A stretch of 64,000 nt of DNA from a virus, in IMG/VR virus record IMGVR_UViG_3300027747_000967, positions 55,999 to 119,998 of that record; one strand, 5' to 3'. The translations under genes were made by a program, and so were the position numbers. The notes under the pieces were generated by a model. The model was not told the DNA's origin. It saw nothing but the letters and a program-made list of their open reading frames with translations, and did no database searches. Shown piece by piece: positions 27,600-36,611 of the stretch. Position 1 is the first letter of the stretch. Every line of letters starts with the position of its first letter.

Positions 27600-27953
27600 T
27601 TATGCTTGACGCCTGAAAAATCTTTGTTTGATATTTTTTGGTTTGAAATGTTCTTCAATTGATTTGACCACTTTTGTTTCATCAAAATCTTTGCAACTAA
27701 AGATATCCATATAAAGGTCACCATTAATATCTAAAAAGTGACCCATAATATTAGAAGTTTCAATAAGTTGTGATACTGTCCATCCTGCTTTATCTGTTCC
27801 ATCAGCAAAATGAACAAGTTGTGGTTCACCATAAGGAACCATTTCAATTAAACGAACTAAATCTTTAGTGAAGTGTGTAATGTATTCTGGATCCGTTGCT
27901 CTTTGAATTTCGCAACCCTTTATATCTAACATTAAATGGTAACCCCAATACAT
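27600..27953 (-). CDS. speD: S-adenosylmethionine decarboxylase proenzyme
   Basis: WGYHLMLD, QLIETSNI (pyruvoyl-forming Ser), YMDIFSCK. Confidence 0.88.
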   Translation of the reverse strand: MYWGYHLMLDIKGCEIQRATDPEYITHFTKDLVRLIEMVPYGEPQLVHFADGTDKAGWTVSQLIETSNIMGHFLDINGDLYMDIFSCKDFDETKVVKSIEEHFKPKNIKQRFFRRQA

Positions 27954-27962
27954 AACTACTCC

Positions 27963-28166
27963 TTAATAGATATTAAGATAATATTTAGTTAGTTTATCCT
28001 TAAGCATATCAGGAATTGTTAGATAAGGCCATTCAAGGTAAAATGGACATCCTTTATTACCCCATTGTTTTTTAACAAGAAAACTTTTTGTTATTTCAAT
28101 ATCTTCCTTGGAACCTTCAAATTGTCTTTTTTGAGGTGTGAACATCATTTCAAGTTTATTACTCAT
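27963..28166 (-). CDS. Small hypothetical protein
   Basis: Start revised to MSNKLE, downstream of the promoter; WG..GCPFYLEWPY motif. Confidence 0.6.
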   Translation of the reverse strand: MSNKLEMMFTPQKRQFEGSKEDIEITKSFLVKKQWGNKGCPFYLEWPYLTIPDMLKDKLTKYYLNIY

Positions 28167-28197
28167 AATATTATCACTTTCATCATTATAAAGTACC

Positions 28198-28226
28198 ATT
28201 ATAACATAAAAAAAGAGGACTGTCAA
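28198..28226 (-). promoter_or_regulatory. Consensus sigma70 promoter overlapping the hsp20 terminator hairpin
   Basis: TTGACA-17-TATAAT with extended -10 TG; the -35 box lies in the loop of AAAAGAGG/CCTCTTTT. Confidence 0.8.
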
Positions 28227-28264
28227 GCCCTCTTTTCGGTTATTTACCAGATACAGGTCACCAA

Positions 28265-28726
28265 CTATTCATCTTTGGCTTTTACGGTAATCTTTTTTAC
28301 CATATCCTGTGCTTTAATCATGTTTTCCAACCAAACTCTTAACATACCATTCATTAATTCAGCATCTTTAATTTCTACCGAATCAGCCAATGTAAATGTA
28401 CGTTCAAAGTTACGGCCAGCAATACCTTTGAAAATGTATGAACCGTCTGTTTCATTATCTTTTGATACTCCTTTGATAACCAATTTGTCGCCTTGTAAAG
28501 TAACTTCAATATCAGACTTAGCAAAACCAGCAACTGCCATTTCAATAACATACTTGTTTTCTTTTACTTGTTTGATATTGTATGGAGGATAACCAGGTGT
28601 TGCTTTGGCCATTTCGGTGTGCATAGATTGAAGTTTATCAATCACTTCATCAAAACCGATGGTGAAAGGGTCAAAAGATTTGTGGATTTTATCCCATTGT
28701 GGGAATAGAGTGAGGGTGCTTGTCAT
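28265..28726 (-). CDS. hsp20: Small heat shock protein (IbpA-like)
   Basis: IGFD, YPPYNI, IEMAVAGF, GIAGRNFERTF, NGML. Confidence 0.95.
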   Translation of the reverse strand: MTSTLTLFPQWDKIHKSFDPFTIGFDEVIDKLQSMHTEMAKATPGYPPYNIKQVKENKYVIEMAVAGFAKSDIEVTLQGDKLVIKGVSKDNETDGSYIFKGIAGRNFERTFTLADSVEIKDAELMNGMLRVWLENMIKAQDMVKKITVKAKDE

Positions 28727-28758
28727 AGATTTTCTCCTTGTTAAGCGAGTTAATAAAA

Positions 28759-28796
28759 AAGTGTAGACCCCGAAGGCATCTACACTTATATTTATA
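28759..28796 (-). promoter_or_regulatory. Late promoter TATAAATA (28789-28796) followed by a UUCG hairpin/terminator
   Basis: AAGTGTAGA..TTCG..TCTACACTT followed by a T run. Confidence 0.6.
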
Positions 28797-28815
28797 CACT
28801 AAATTACAATATTTG

Positions 28816-29235
28816 TCAATAACTACCTGGTTTTTTACCAATTGAATACTTGGTAACAAGTTCCCATTCGTCTTTTTCTTTGTGAGAAAGAATCTTAATT
28901 TGTGATAGGAAAATTGGAGGTGGTGTCTGTGCTTTGGCTTTATTGACGATTTCAACCAAACCCCAATCAGACAAAAGTACCGCAATAGCATTCCTACGAG
29001 ATAAATCGTTTTCTGAAATGTCTGTTGGTTTACCATCTAATGCAAACAGTTCTTTAAAGTGAACGATTGCATAATGGCCTCTTTTGTGTAATATATGGCA
29101 AGACTGGTATAAAATTCTGTCTTTTTTAGAAGCAACACCGATACGGGTTAATGTTTCACGAACCTTCAAAAAATCATCTTTTTCTTTTAATTTTATCTCA
29201 ATACCATGTCCTAAAAATATATCCACTTCACTCAT
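28816..29235 (-). CDS. regA: Translational repressor
   Basis: DFLKVRETLTRIGVAS, LYQSCHILHKRG, VHFKELF. Confidence 0.97.
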   Translation of the reverse strand: MSEVDIFLGHGIEIKLKEKDDFLKVRETLTRIGVASKKDRILYQSCHILHKRGHYAIVHFKELFALDGKPTDISENDLSRRNAIAVLLSDWGLVEIVNKAKAQTPPPIFLSQIKILSHKEKDEWELVTKYSIGKKPGSY

Positions 29236-29621
29236 TTTTTAACTCCGCCTTTATTTGTTTTATCTTTTATTATGGCGACTTGTTCTGGAGTCAATATCTT
29301 TAAAGCGTCTCTGGCTTTTTCGTTTGAATAACCAAAATATTCTTTAATAGAATCAATGTCTTTATTAACTTCAGCTTTTTGCCAAGGTTGAAACTTTCGT
29401 TTCATGCCTCGGATAATATTTAGATAAAACAAATATTGCATATCTTTATCAAGTTCTGGATAAAGATTCATTTCATTGGCATACAATATACAATCTACAT
29501 GATACGAGAGAGCTCTGTTTACGACAAAAGGCGTGTAATCTTTATAGTCATAATCATCTTTAAATGGATTTTTTTTCGTTTGAAGTATGGATGGTACGAT
29601 TTCTTTGAATAAATCTGGCAT
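29232..29621 (-). CDS. gp62: Clamp loader small subunit
   Basis: YTPFVVNRALS, ANEMN, YFGYS; synteny. Confidence 0.92.
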   Translation of the reverse strand: MPDLFKEIVPSILQTKKNPFKDDYDYKDYTPFVVNRALSYHVDCILYANEMNLYPELDKDMQYLFYLNIIRGMKRKFQPWQKAEVNKDIDSIKEYFGYSNEKARDALKILTPEQVAIIKDKTNKGGVKK

Positions 29622-30562
29622 TATTTGAACTCCACATCAACCATTATCTCCGTTAAGCAAGCCATTAAATTAATCTCGGCATCAGCAACAAAAGCGGCTT
29701 GGTACTGATACTTCGCCAGAATTAAAACAAGTTGTGGTACAGATTGTGGTTTGAGTAGTTCATATAGACCATCATACAATTTACGATAAATCTTTGTAGG
29801 GTCATTGTCAAGGTTTGATGTTACCCATTTACGAGCAGAACCAAAATCCTTATCTTTTAATGCTACATTAAGAGTATCAAGTTGTATATCAGCAACGTTA
29901 CCGAGAATACCTTTATCAATAACACCAGATACGGAGTAACGTTGAAGTTCATTCAAAATCCTTCTGTTATCGGGAAAGTGTTTGGTAATAACTGCCGCAA
30001 CTACTTGTTTATCATATTGAACATTTTCTTGTTCTAGAATCCACTCAACTCTTTTGAAGAATTGAGATGCCATCTTTGCTTTAGAACCATTGAGTTTGAA
30101 GTCAATCACAGAACATCTGGAATGAATCGGGTCAATAATACGATTCTTAAAGTTACAAGTAAAAATGAATGAACAGTTTGAGGAGAACTCCTCGATTGCA
30201 CCACGCAATGCAGGTTGCGTTGAATTTGGATTTAGATAGTCCGCTTCATCTATGATGATGACTTTTCGACCACCCGTAAAAGATACCGAAGAAGCATAAT
30301 TTTTAATTTTATTACGCAAGACATCAATGCCTGACTCATCAGAACCATTAATAACAATATAGTCACAGCCCACATCTTCACAGAGGGCTTTTGCGATTGT
30401 AGTTTTTCCGACACCTGCCGTACCAGAAAGAAGTAAGTTCGGTATTTCTTTTCTATTGACATACTCTAAGAAAGTGGATTTGATTGCATCAGGTAAGATA
30501 CAATCTTCCACGGTTGATGGCCTGTATCGTTCCACCCAGAGCGCATGATTTAAATCTTTCAT
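29621..30562 (-). CDS. gp44: Clamp loader large subunit
   Basis: WVERYRP, GTAGVGKT, IIDEAD, SRC. Confidence 0.97.
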   Translation of the reverse strand: MKDLNHALWVERYRPSTVEDCILPDAIKSTFLEYVNRKEIPNLLLSGTAGVGKTTIAKALCEDVGCDYIVINGSDESGIDVLRNKIKNYASSVSFTGGRKVIIIDEADYLNPNSTQPALRGAIEEFSSNCSFIFTCNFKNRIIDPIHSRCSVIDFKLNGSKAKMASQFFKRVEWILEQENVQYDKQVVAAVITKHFPDNRRILNELQRYSVSGVIDKGILGNVADIQLDTLNVALKDKDFGSARKWVTSNLDNDPTKIYRKLYDGLYELLKPQSVPQLVLILAKYQYQAAFVADAEINLMACLTEIMVDVEFK

Positions 30563-30598
30563 TCAATACTCCCATAATATAATATTTACAACTCAAAA

Positions 30599-30808
30599 TT
30601 ACTTCAATTCGCCTTGTATGCGTCCAACAACTTCACTATATGCTTCCGTTAATACAATTGTTCCACCTGGTAAACCAATAACAGTTTTTTCTACTGTTTC
30701 TTCTGATCCTTCTGAAAGAGGAATTTCGGCAATAAACACACAAATAACTTGTGATGGATTTATTGACACAGGAAAACCTGTTTGGTCATTTACAAAATTT
30801 ACTAACAT
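30599..30808 (-). CDS. Small hypothetical protein
   Basis: In-operon ORF with GGAG SD. Confidence 0.6.
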   Translation of the reverse strand: MLVNFVNDQTGFPVSINPSQVICVFIAEIPLSEGSEETVEKTVIGLPGGTIVLTEAYSEVVGRIQGELK

Positions 30809-30810
30809 AC

Positions 30811-31491
30811 TTATTCTCCAATTTTAGTGTGTTTCTTTTCAAAAGCAACCCAATATTGAATATCGGCATCTTTACTCTTAAAGTGAGCATAACCTTTAAA
30901 AGAAACAGAAACAACATAAGAACCTTGAATGAACTTAAAATTGTCGGTTCTAAAAACAATCTTATATACTTTACCATTACCTTCAGCAACTTCCATTGAG
31001 TTTGTATGAGATACTGGATTACTTTTCTCATCAAAACTAATATTAGTCATTAAGACTTTTTCACCATCAGATTCTAACAAAACGTGTTCCGTTTGAAGAA
31101 CTTTAGCGGTAGTAATAAATGAACTATAATCTTCCGCTGACATTTCAAATGAAACATCTTCAGCATCAGGTAAAGTTTTATCACCAGCAACAACAATACT
31201 TTTCTTGTCTGCTTTGCGATATGTTACTTTGTTCTTACCATTTTTGATGGTAACATTTTGTTCATCAAAAACTAATTCTGCTTTATCTTTAAATAAACTA
31301 CACACAGATAAAAATTGATTTAAATCAAAAATACAAAAATCTTCAGGAAAACTGTCTTTGGTTGTTGCTTCTGCCATAACAGTTTTGTCATTAGATACTG
31401 TTCTTAATTTGGTACCTTGTTTAAACTCAATACCAGAATTGATTGAAGAAAAATTCTTCAACACATTAATTGTTTCACTTGAAAGTTTCAT
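30811..31491 (-). CDS. gp45: Sliding clamp
   Basis: MKLSSETINVLKNFSSIN, IFDLNQFL; synteny. Confidence 0.95.
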   Translation of the reverse strand: MKLSSETINVLKNFSSINSGIEFKQGTKLRTVSNDKTVMAEATTKDSFPEDFCIFDLNQFLSVCSLFKDKAELVFDEQNVTIKNGKNKVTYRKADKKSIVVAGDKTLPDAEDVSFEMSAEDYSSFITTAKVLQTEHVLLESDGEKVLMTNISFDEKSNPVSHTNSMEVAEGNGKVYKIVFRTDNFKFIQGSYVVSVSFKGYAHFKSKDADIQYWVAFEKKHTKIGE

Positions 31492-31855
31492 TTACTTCTC
31501 CATTATTTAAAAAATCTATTGTATCATGTTCATACAAAAACATCAAGCAGCACAGTGCGTGTGCTAAGTGATTCTTACCAGTTTCTTGGTCATTTTGTTC
31601 TCCAGATTTCCAAGCCCATAGATGTCGTTGTGCGGCATCAAAGTATCTACGCTTAGAGTCTGGTACTTTTTTCCAGTTATCTGGTTCATACTTCTCTGCA
31701 CCAAAAGTCAGTATCTCTACTGTTGCCATCAATGCGTTTGGTGGTACTAAACCATATTGCAATTTACCACCATCAAACTTACGTCCACCTTTTTTTGCGG
31801 TTTGTGATTCTTTAACAATATCCGAAAAACTAGGTTTGTCAATAGAACCTAACAT
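31475..31855 (-). CDS. DUF5664 / dATP-dGTP diphosphohydrolase-like protein
   Basis: GRKFDGGK, FGAEKY..DNW, HLAHALCCLMFL. Confidence 0.8.
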   Translation of the reverse strand: MLGSIDKPSFSDIVKESQTAKKGGRKFDGGKLQYGLVPPNALMATVEILTFGAEKYEPDNWKKVPDSKRRYFDAAQRHLWAWKSGEQNDQETGKNHLAHALCCLMFLYEHDTIDFLNNGEVNETFK

Positions 31856-32649
31856 TACATTTCACCAACATAATTAGCAACAGCAGGCATATCACCTTGG
31901 AAGTGATAAGTACCGATATGTGATGTTTTCATCCAAGGACATAAGTAGATTGAACCACCGATGTTTCTCCACCATTGACAGAACATATAATCTTCTGACA
32001 GATAACGCTCTGATTGTTTGTCAATTACAGTATCAAAGTAAGCATGAATGTAACGTGAACCATCAAAGTTTGCTTGACCCACATGGTCAGGTTTGTATTT
32101 GAGTTCAGGATAAGCAGCTTCAAACTTAGGAAATACTTCACGTTTTACCATCATGAAACCTGTACCAATTTCTAACACTTCTAAAGGTTCTGTCACAGAG
32201 AACTGAGCAGTACCTTTAACGGGATTAAACACATAATCACCAGTTACTTTTTCAAGTAGATGAGCTTCCATATCAGGATTTTTTATAATTGCCTTCTTAA
32301 CTGATGACCACTTAATGGCTTTCTTGGGATAAGGGGCGCCGATAACATCTTTATCCAAAGCAAGCAGAGCAATCACATCTTGTGGATTAAAGTGAATATC
32401 GGAATCAATGAACAACAAATGGGTACAATCGGAACGTAAGAATTCATCAACGAGATAATTTCTAGCACGGGTAATCAACGACTCATTAAACAAAAATGAG
32501 AATTTTACCTGCACGCCATACTGCATACATAAACCTTGTAAGTCAAGGCAAGCCTTCATATACAAACCACAATTCATACCACCATACATTGGCGTTGCTA
32601 CGAAAAGTTTTTTCGTTTGTAATACTTCTTTTGTTATTGAAATTTCCAT
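31855..32649 (-). CDS. GT-A glycosyltransferase-like protein
   Basis: ATPMYGG, SLITRARN, LFIDSDI (DxD), GTGFM, LSEDYMFC, HIG. Confidence 0.75.
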   Translation of the reverse strand: MEISITKEVLQTKKLFVATPMYGGMNCGLYMKACLDLQGLCMQYGVQVKFSFLFNESLITRARNYLVDEFLRSDCTHLLFIDSDIHFNPQDVIALLALDKDVIGAPYPKKAIKWSSVKKAIIKNPDMEAHLLEKVTGDYVFNPVKGTAQFSVTEPLEVLEIGTGFMMVKREVFPKFEAAYPELKYKPDHVGQANFDGSRYIHAYFDTVIDKQSERYLSEDYMFCQWWRNIGGSIYLCPWMKTSHIGTYHFQGDMPAVANYVGEM

Positions 32650-32667
32650 TTGTTCTCCGAAAATAGG

Positions 32668-32690
32668 AAAAAGGGGATTTCTCCCCTTTT
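32668..32690 (-). terminator. Intrinsic terminator
   Basis: AAAAGGGGA-GAAA-TCCCCTTTT. Confidence 0.75.
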
Positions 32691-32705
32691 ATTATTGCCT
32701 ATAAA

Positions 32706-32975
32706 TTAGGCTGTGAAGCGATAACCAGCAGATAAGGCTGCTTGTACCATTGCTTTAGTTGGTGTACCTAAACGGTAGTAATTAATCTTACGACCATCAG
32801 ATAACTTACGAGTGTTTGTATAGATACAATGACCTTCTTTACGAAGTTCTTCAATGCGAGCAGATACGTTGGTAACTCCAAAACGCTTCTGTGCTTGTTT
32901 AACGGTGAAAGTGTTGTAACCTTCTGTCTTTTTGAGAGCAACTAACATACGCTCTTTAGCTGATAACTTAGCCAT
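32706..32975 (-). CDS. Winged HTH DNA-binding protein
   Basis: FTVKQA..RFGV.NVSARIEELRKEG; AGGAG SD supports the MAKLS start. Confidence 0.7.
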   Translation of the reverse strand: MAKLSAKERMLVALKKTEGYNTFTVKQAQKRFGVTNVSARIEELRKEGHCIYTNTRKLSDGRKINYYRLGTPTKAMVQAALSAGYRFTA

Positions 32976-33061
32976 AATAAAACTCCTTTTCATAATTTAA
33001 AATTACTCAATTTGCTTGAGTAGACACATCATAACATTATTTATGCTAGTTTGTCAAGCGT

Positions 33062-34327
33062 TTAACGCCCAACTTGTGGTAAATATTTCGCCTTGGTTTC
33101 TTCCCAAGTTAGGTAAATAAGGTCATCATAAAATAATGATTCGTATGATACCGTATTCTTTTTCTTTAACATGGAAATACGGCCTTTGGCATATTTTGTT
33201 TTCCACAAATTGGATAATGTTTGTTCGCTGGTATCAAACATTTTTAATAATTTTTCTTCTGGTATTTGTTTACAAAGATATTCATTAGTATTATAATACA
33301 AAGGCGAAAAATAAATTCCACGCTGGTGTTCGCTACGAATCAGTTCTTTAGGTATACCAAGTTTAGGATAGGCAAAGTTTAATGAACGATTTTTATGGTC
33401 ACGCTTGAGTGGTAGACCTTGAGTGTTCTTTGCGTCCCACCATTCAAAATATTTTCTAGGATAATTTTCTTTAATCCATTCGTAAACCATTTTAGATGTA
33501 GTTCTTTTAGGTTCAAATACAACTGAACCTGATGAGAATCCCATCTTGTTCCAATGTTCTAGTCCATCATACTGAGAAAGACCATTAGACTTAGTGTTGC
33601 CATAAAGAGAAGTTGTTGTAACTCCGACAAGGACATCTTCATATCTTTCTTTCCAATCTTTTTGAACTGTATCAGATAAACATAATAATGCAAGTAACTT
33701 ACCGCCCATATAATTATAACCGAGAGGTTGCATAGGAACGATTGTAGAACCAATGGCCGTATGATTAATCATGCCCTGTTGTGTTTTTACATCTCTTGGC
33801 CAGCCAATTGCTTTATCTCTTGGCGTTAAATCAAGAAAGTCGGAAGAAATACAAATGACACCAAGATACTTGCCTGTTACTTCATCAATGATTGTATAAA
33901 ATAGATTACGACCAATGTTTGAATTATTTTTCATTGTAGAAGAAAAGGTACGAATGGCATTCCATGTTTCTGCTAAAGGACCATTCGATAAAACAAGTTT
34001 TGGTTTTAATAAAATATAATCATCAGGATTTTTTGGCATCCAAAAATTAGATTTAACTTGTTCAATAAGTTTTTCTTGTTCAGCATTTACCATTTGCATT
34101 TCTGTACCAAACAATGTATCTACTTCTTGAACAGGATATCTTTCTTTAACTTCACACCACTTTTGGTACAAAGTATATTCTTTGACATCCATTTTAGAAG
34201 CGTAAGTTAAATCTTCAATTAACTGATTTTTAAGTTGTTCAGTATCAATGTGTTTAAAGGAAGAAACAGGATTCTTTTCTTGCCATTCTACCCATTGTTT
34301 TTCAACAAATTCAATTGGAGTTGCCAT
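33062..34327 (-). CDS. DUF4338 (DruA-like) domain protein, paralogue 2
   Basis: IGRN, VPMQPLGYNYMGGKLLA, VTTTSLYG, SQYDGL, RGIY. Confidence 0.7.
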   Translation of the reverse strand: MATPIEFVEKQWVEWQEKNPVSSFKHIDTEQLKNQLIEDLTYASKMDVKEYTLYQKWCEVKERYPVQEVDTLFGTEMQMVNAEQEKLIEQVKSNFWMPKNPDDYILLKPKLVLSNGPLAETWNAIRTFSSTMKNNSNIGRNLFYTIIDEVTGKYLGVICISSDFLDLTPRDKAIGWPRDVKTQQGMINHTAIGSTIVPMQPLGYNYMGGKLLALLCLSDTVQKDWKERYEDVLVGVTTTSLYGNTKSNGLSQYDGLEHWNKMGFSSGSVVFEPKRTTSKMVYEWIKENYPRKYFEWWDAKNTQGLPLKRDHKNRSLNFAYPKLGIPKELIRSEHQRGIYFSPLYYNTNEYLCKQIPEEKLLKMFDTSEQTLSNLWKTKYAKGRISMLKKKNTVSYESLFYDDLIYLTWEETKAKYLPQVGR

Positions 34328-34899
34328 TATTTTATTCTTAGACCTTTTAACATTTTATTTCGCTTCTTCATACCAGACTGTAAAGCCATTGGTTTAGCTC
34401 TTTCAGTATAACACACTCCATTCAAATGGTCGAGCTCATGCAAGAAAACTCTTGCAGATATACCAACCAATTTTGTTTGTTTCTTTAATCCGTTGAAGTC
34501 GGTATATTCCACTTCAATCTCTTTAGGTCTGGTAATTGATAGTCCTAATAATGGAAAAGATAAACAACCTTCTACCATGTGGCATTCACCTTCAAACGAT
34601 AATACTTTTGGATTAAAAAATGCCACATACTCATCTTCAGCACCCATTACAAAAACACGATATGGTAATCCACATTGATTAGCAGATAAACCATAACCTT
34701 TGTTTTCTTTACAGGTTTCCACTAGACCAGAAGCAAGTTCATTTGGATTAATTGGTGGATTTGTAAAGTCAAACTCAGGTAGTACCTGTTTTAATAACGG
34801 ATGTTTTTCATGAACTAGTTGATATATTTTTTTTATTTCTGGTTGTGAAATATTTTTAAAAGCAGATTCTTCTGTATTAAAGGTTATAATTTCGCTCAT
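34327..34899 (-). CDS. def: Peptide deformylase
   Basis: GLSANQ, EGCLS, HELDHLNG. Confidence 0.95.
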   Translation of the reverse strand: MSEIITFNTEESAFKNISQPEIKKIYQLVHEKHPLLKQVLPEFDFTNPPINPNELASGLVETCKENKGYGLSANQCGLPYRVFVMGAEDEYVAFFNPKVLSFEGECHMVEGCLSFPLLGLSITRPKEIEVEYTDFNGLKKQTKLVGISARVFLHELDHLNGVCYTERAKPMALQSGMKKRNKMLKGLRIK

Positions 34900-36611
34900 T
34901 TTTCCACCTGACTAAAATTGTTTACTTTTTTAAATTTGATTACGCTTAGGAATTTCTCAAACAACATATCACCTTTATGTGAGATAACAAAGATGTTTGT
35001 GTCTTTATCCATTGCGCGGATTAACTTCATAAACTCATCTGTACCAACAGCATCTAATGATGAATCAAATACTTCATCTAAAATAAGAAGATTGGTATTG
35101 GTTGAGTTTTTCATCTTAGCAATCTGACGCCATGTAAAAAGTAATGCCAAATCAATACGCATCTTTTCACCCTCAGAAAAGTTGGCATAACTAAACTCAT
35201 CACGGTGCCTACTCTTAATTGTTTCTTCAAAGTTTTCATTGATATTGAAGTTTACAAAGAAGTCCATTGCTGTCAAATACTTATTAATAAGTTTATTCAT
35301 TACAGGTAGATATTGTTTAATAATTTTTGTTTTAATACCTGTATCTTTTAACAAAGAACTAGCAAACTCTAAGTATTGTTTTTCGATTGCCAATTCTTCT
35401 TGTTTCTTTGTTGCCAATTGTAACTCTTGTTTTAAGTCTTTTAACTTTTGGTTTTCTTCTTCTACATTATTTTTATTTTTTTCTATTTCATTTATTTCAT
35501 TGTTTATTTTTTCGTTATAATTATGAATAGCAACAATCGTTGAATTTTTTCTGACAATTTCGTTGTTGTGTTCTTGTATTTGTTTTACTATCTTTTGGAT
35601 TTCTTCAATGCGTTCGTTTGCCTTTTGGATTTTATTCTCGACATCTTTAATTCCAATTCCAACTTCTCCTTTTGTCTGATTGATTCCACTAAGTTGGTTA
35701 TGTCTGAAGGTGTCAGCGATACTTTGCTTGCAGGTTGGACAGTCGTGGTTTTCTTCATAAAATTTCTCCTCTTTTTCTAATTTTTTTAAACGAGATTCAA
35801 GTTTAGCTTCTATCTGTAATAGCTTAGAGCTTTTTCTTTCAACATCTACTTTGTCAGAAATTTTATTATTTAATACATCAATGTGCTTTTGTATTAAAGA
35901 TATGTCATTGGTGAATTGAGTTGTCTGTATTACATTGTTTGACACCTCTTTTCTTTTTTTGTCTATTTCTACTTCAGAACGACTTTTATGTTCTTCAATA
36001 TTTTGTTTTTGTAATATAATCTTTTCTGCTGTAATGTCCATAGCATACTTGTTTTTGGTATAATCATCTTTGAGAACAGTCATTTTTTCTTTGACTACAT
36101 TATTCATTGACGAGAAGATACCAATGTCTAATAAATCTTCAATGACGGTTCTTCTGTCACCAGGAGATAATTGCATAAACGGAACAAATGAAGCAGAACC
36201 TAATATGACTACTTGTGTAAATGTTTTATAGTTTAGTTTAAGAATAAACTTTTCTAAGTGTTCCTGATAATCTTTAATAGCGGCATCTTGATTTAACATT
36301 GTACCGTTACACCAGATTTCAAATACATTTGGTTTAATGCCACGAACTACTTTATATTTTTTCTTACCAATAGAAAACTCAATCTCTACAACACATTGTT
36401 GTTGATTGATAGAATTAATTAAATTGGGTTTGTTAATCTTACGAAAAGGTTTATTAAACAAACCAAAACAAATAGCATCAAGTATCGTTGATTTACCTGC
36501 ACCATTATTACCAATAATCAATGTATTGGCAGATTTGTCTAATTGTATTTCAGTAAAGGCATTACCTGTGCTTAGCAGATTACGCCAGCGTATCACTTCA
36601 AATTTAATCAT
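34896..36611 (-). CDS. gp46: Recombination endonuclease ATPase subunit (Rad50-like)
   Basis: GNNGAGKST, CPTC zinc hook, FSEGEK, LDEVFD, SH. Confidence 0.97.
   Translation of the reverse strand: MIKFEVIRWRNLLSTGNAFTEIQLDKSANTLIIGNNGAGKSTILDAICFGLFNKPFRKINKPNLINSINQQQCVVEIEFSIGKKKYKVVRGIKPNVFEIWCNGTMLNQDAAIKDYQEHLEKFILKLNYKTFTQVVILGSASFVPFMQLSPGDRRTVIEDLLDIGIFSSMNNVVKEKMTVLKDDYTKNKYAMDITAEKIILQKQNIEEHKSRSEVEIDKKRKEVSNNVIQTTQFTNDISLIQKHIDVLNNKISDKVDVERKSSKLLQIEAKLESRLKKLEKEEKFYEENHDCPTCKQSIADTFRHNQLSGINQTKGEVGIGIKDVENKIQKANERIEEIQKIVKQIQEHNNEIVRKNSTIVAIHNYNEKINNEINEIEKNKNNVEEENQKLKDLKQELQLATKKQEELAIEKQYLEFASSLLKDTGIKTKIIKQYLPVMNKLINKYLTAMDFFVNFNINENFEETIKSRHRDEFSYANFSEGEKMRIDLALLFTWRQIAKMKNSTNTNLLILDEVFDSSLDAVGTDEFMKLIRAMDKDTNIFVISHKGDMLFEKFLSVIKFKKVNNFSQVEK

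Noticed and set aside
27527-27724. 65-aa ORF
   Set aside because: It overlaps speD out of frame and a consensus promoter.
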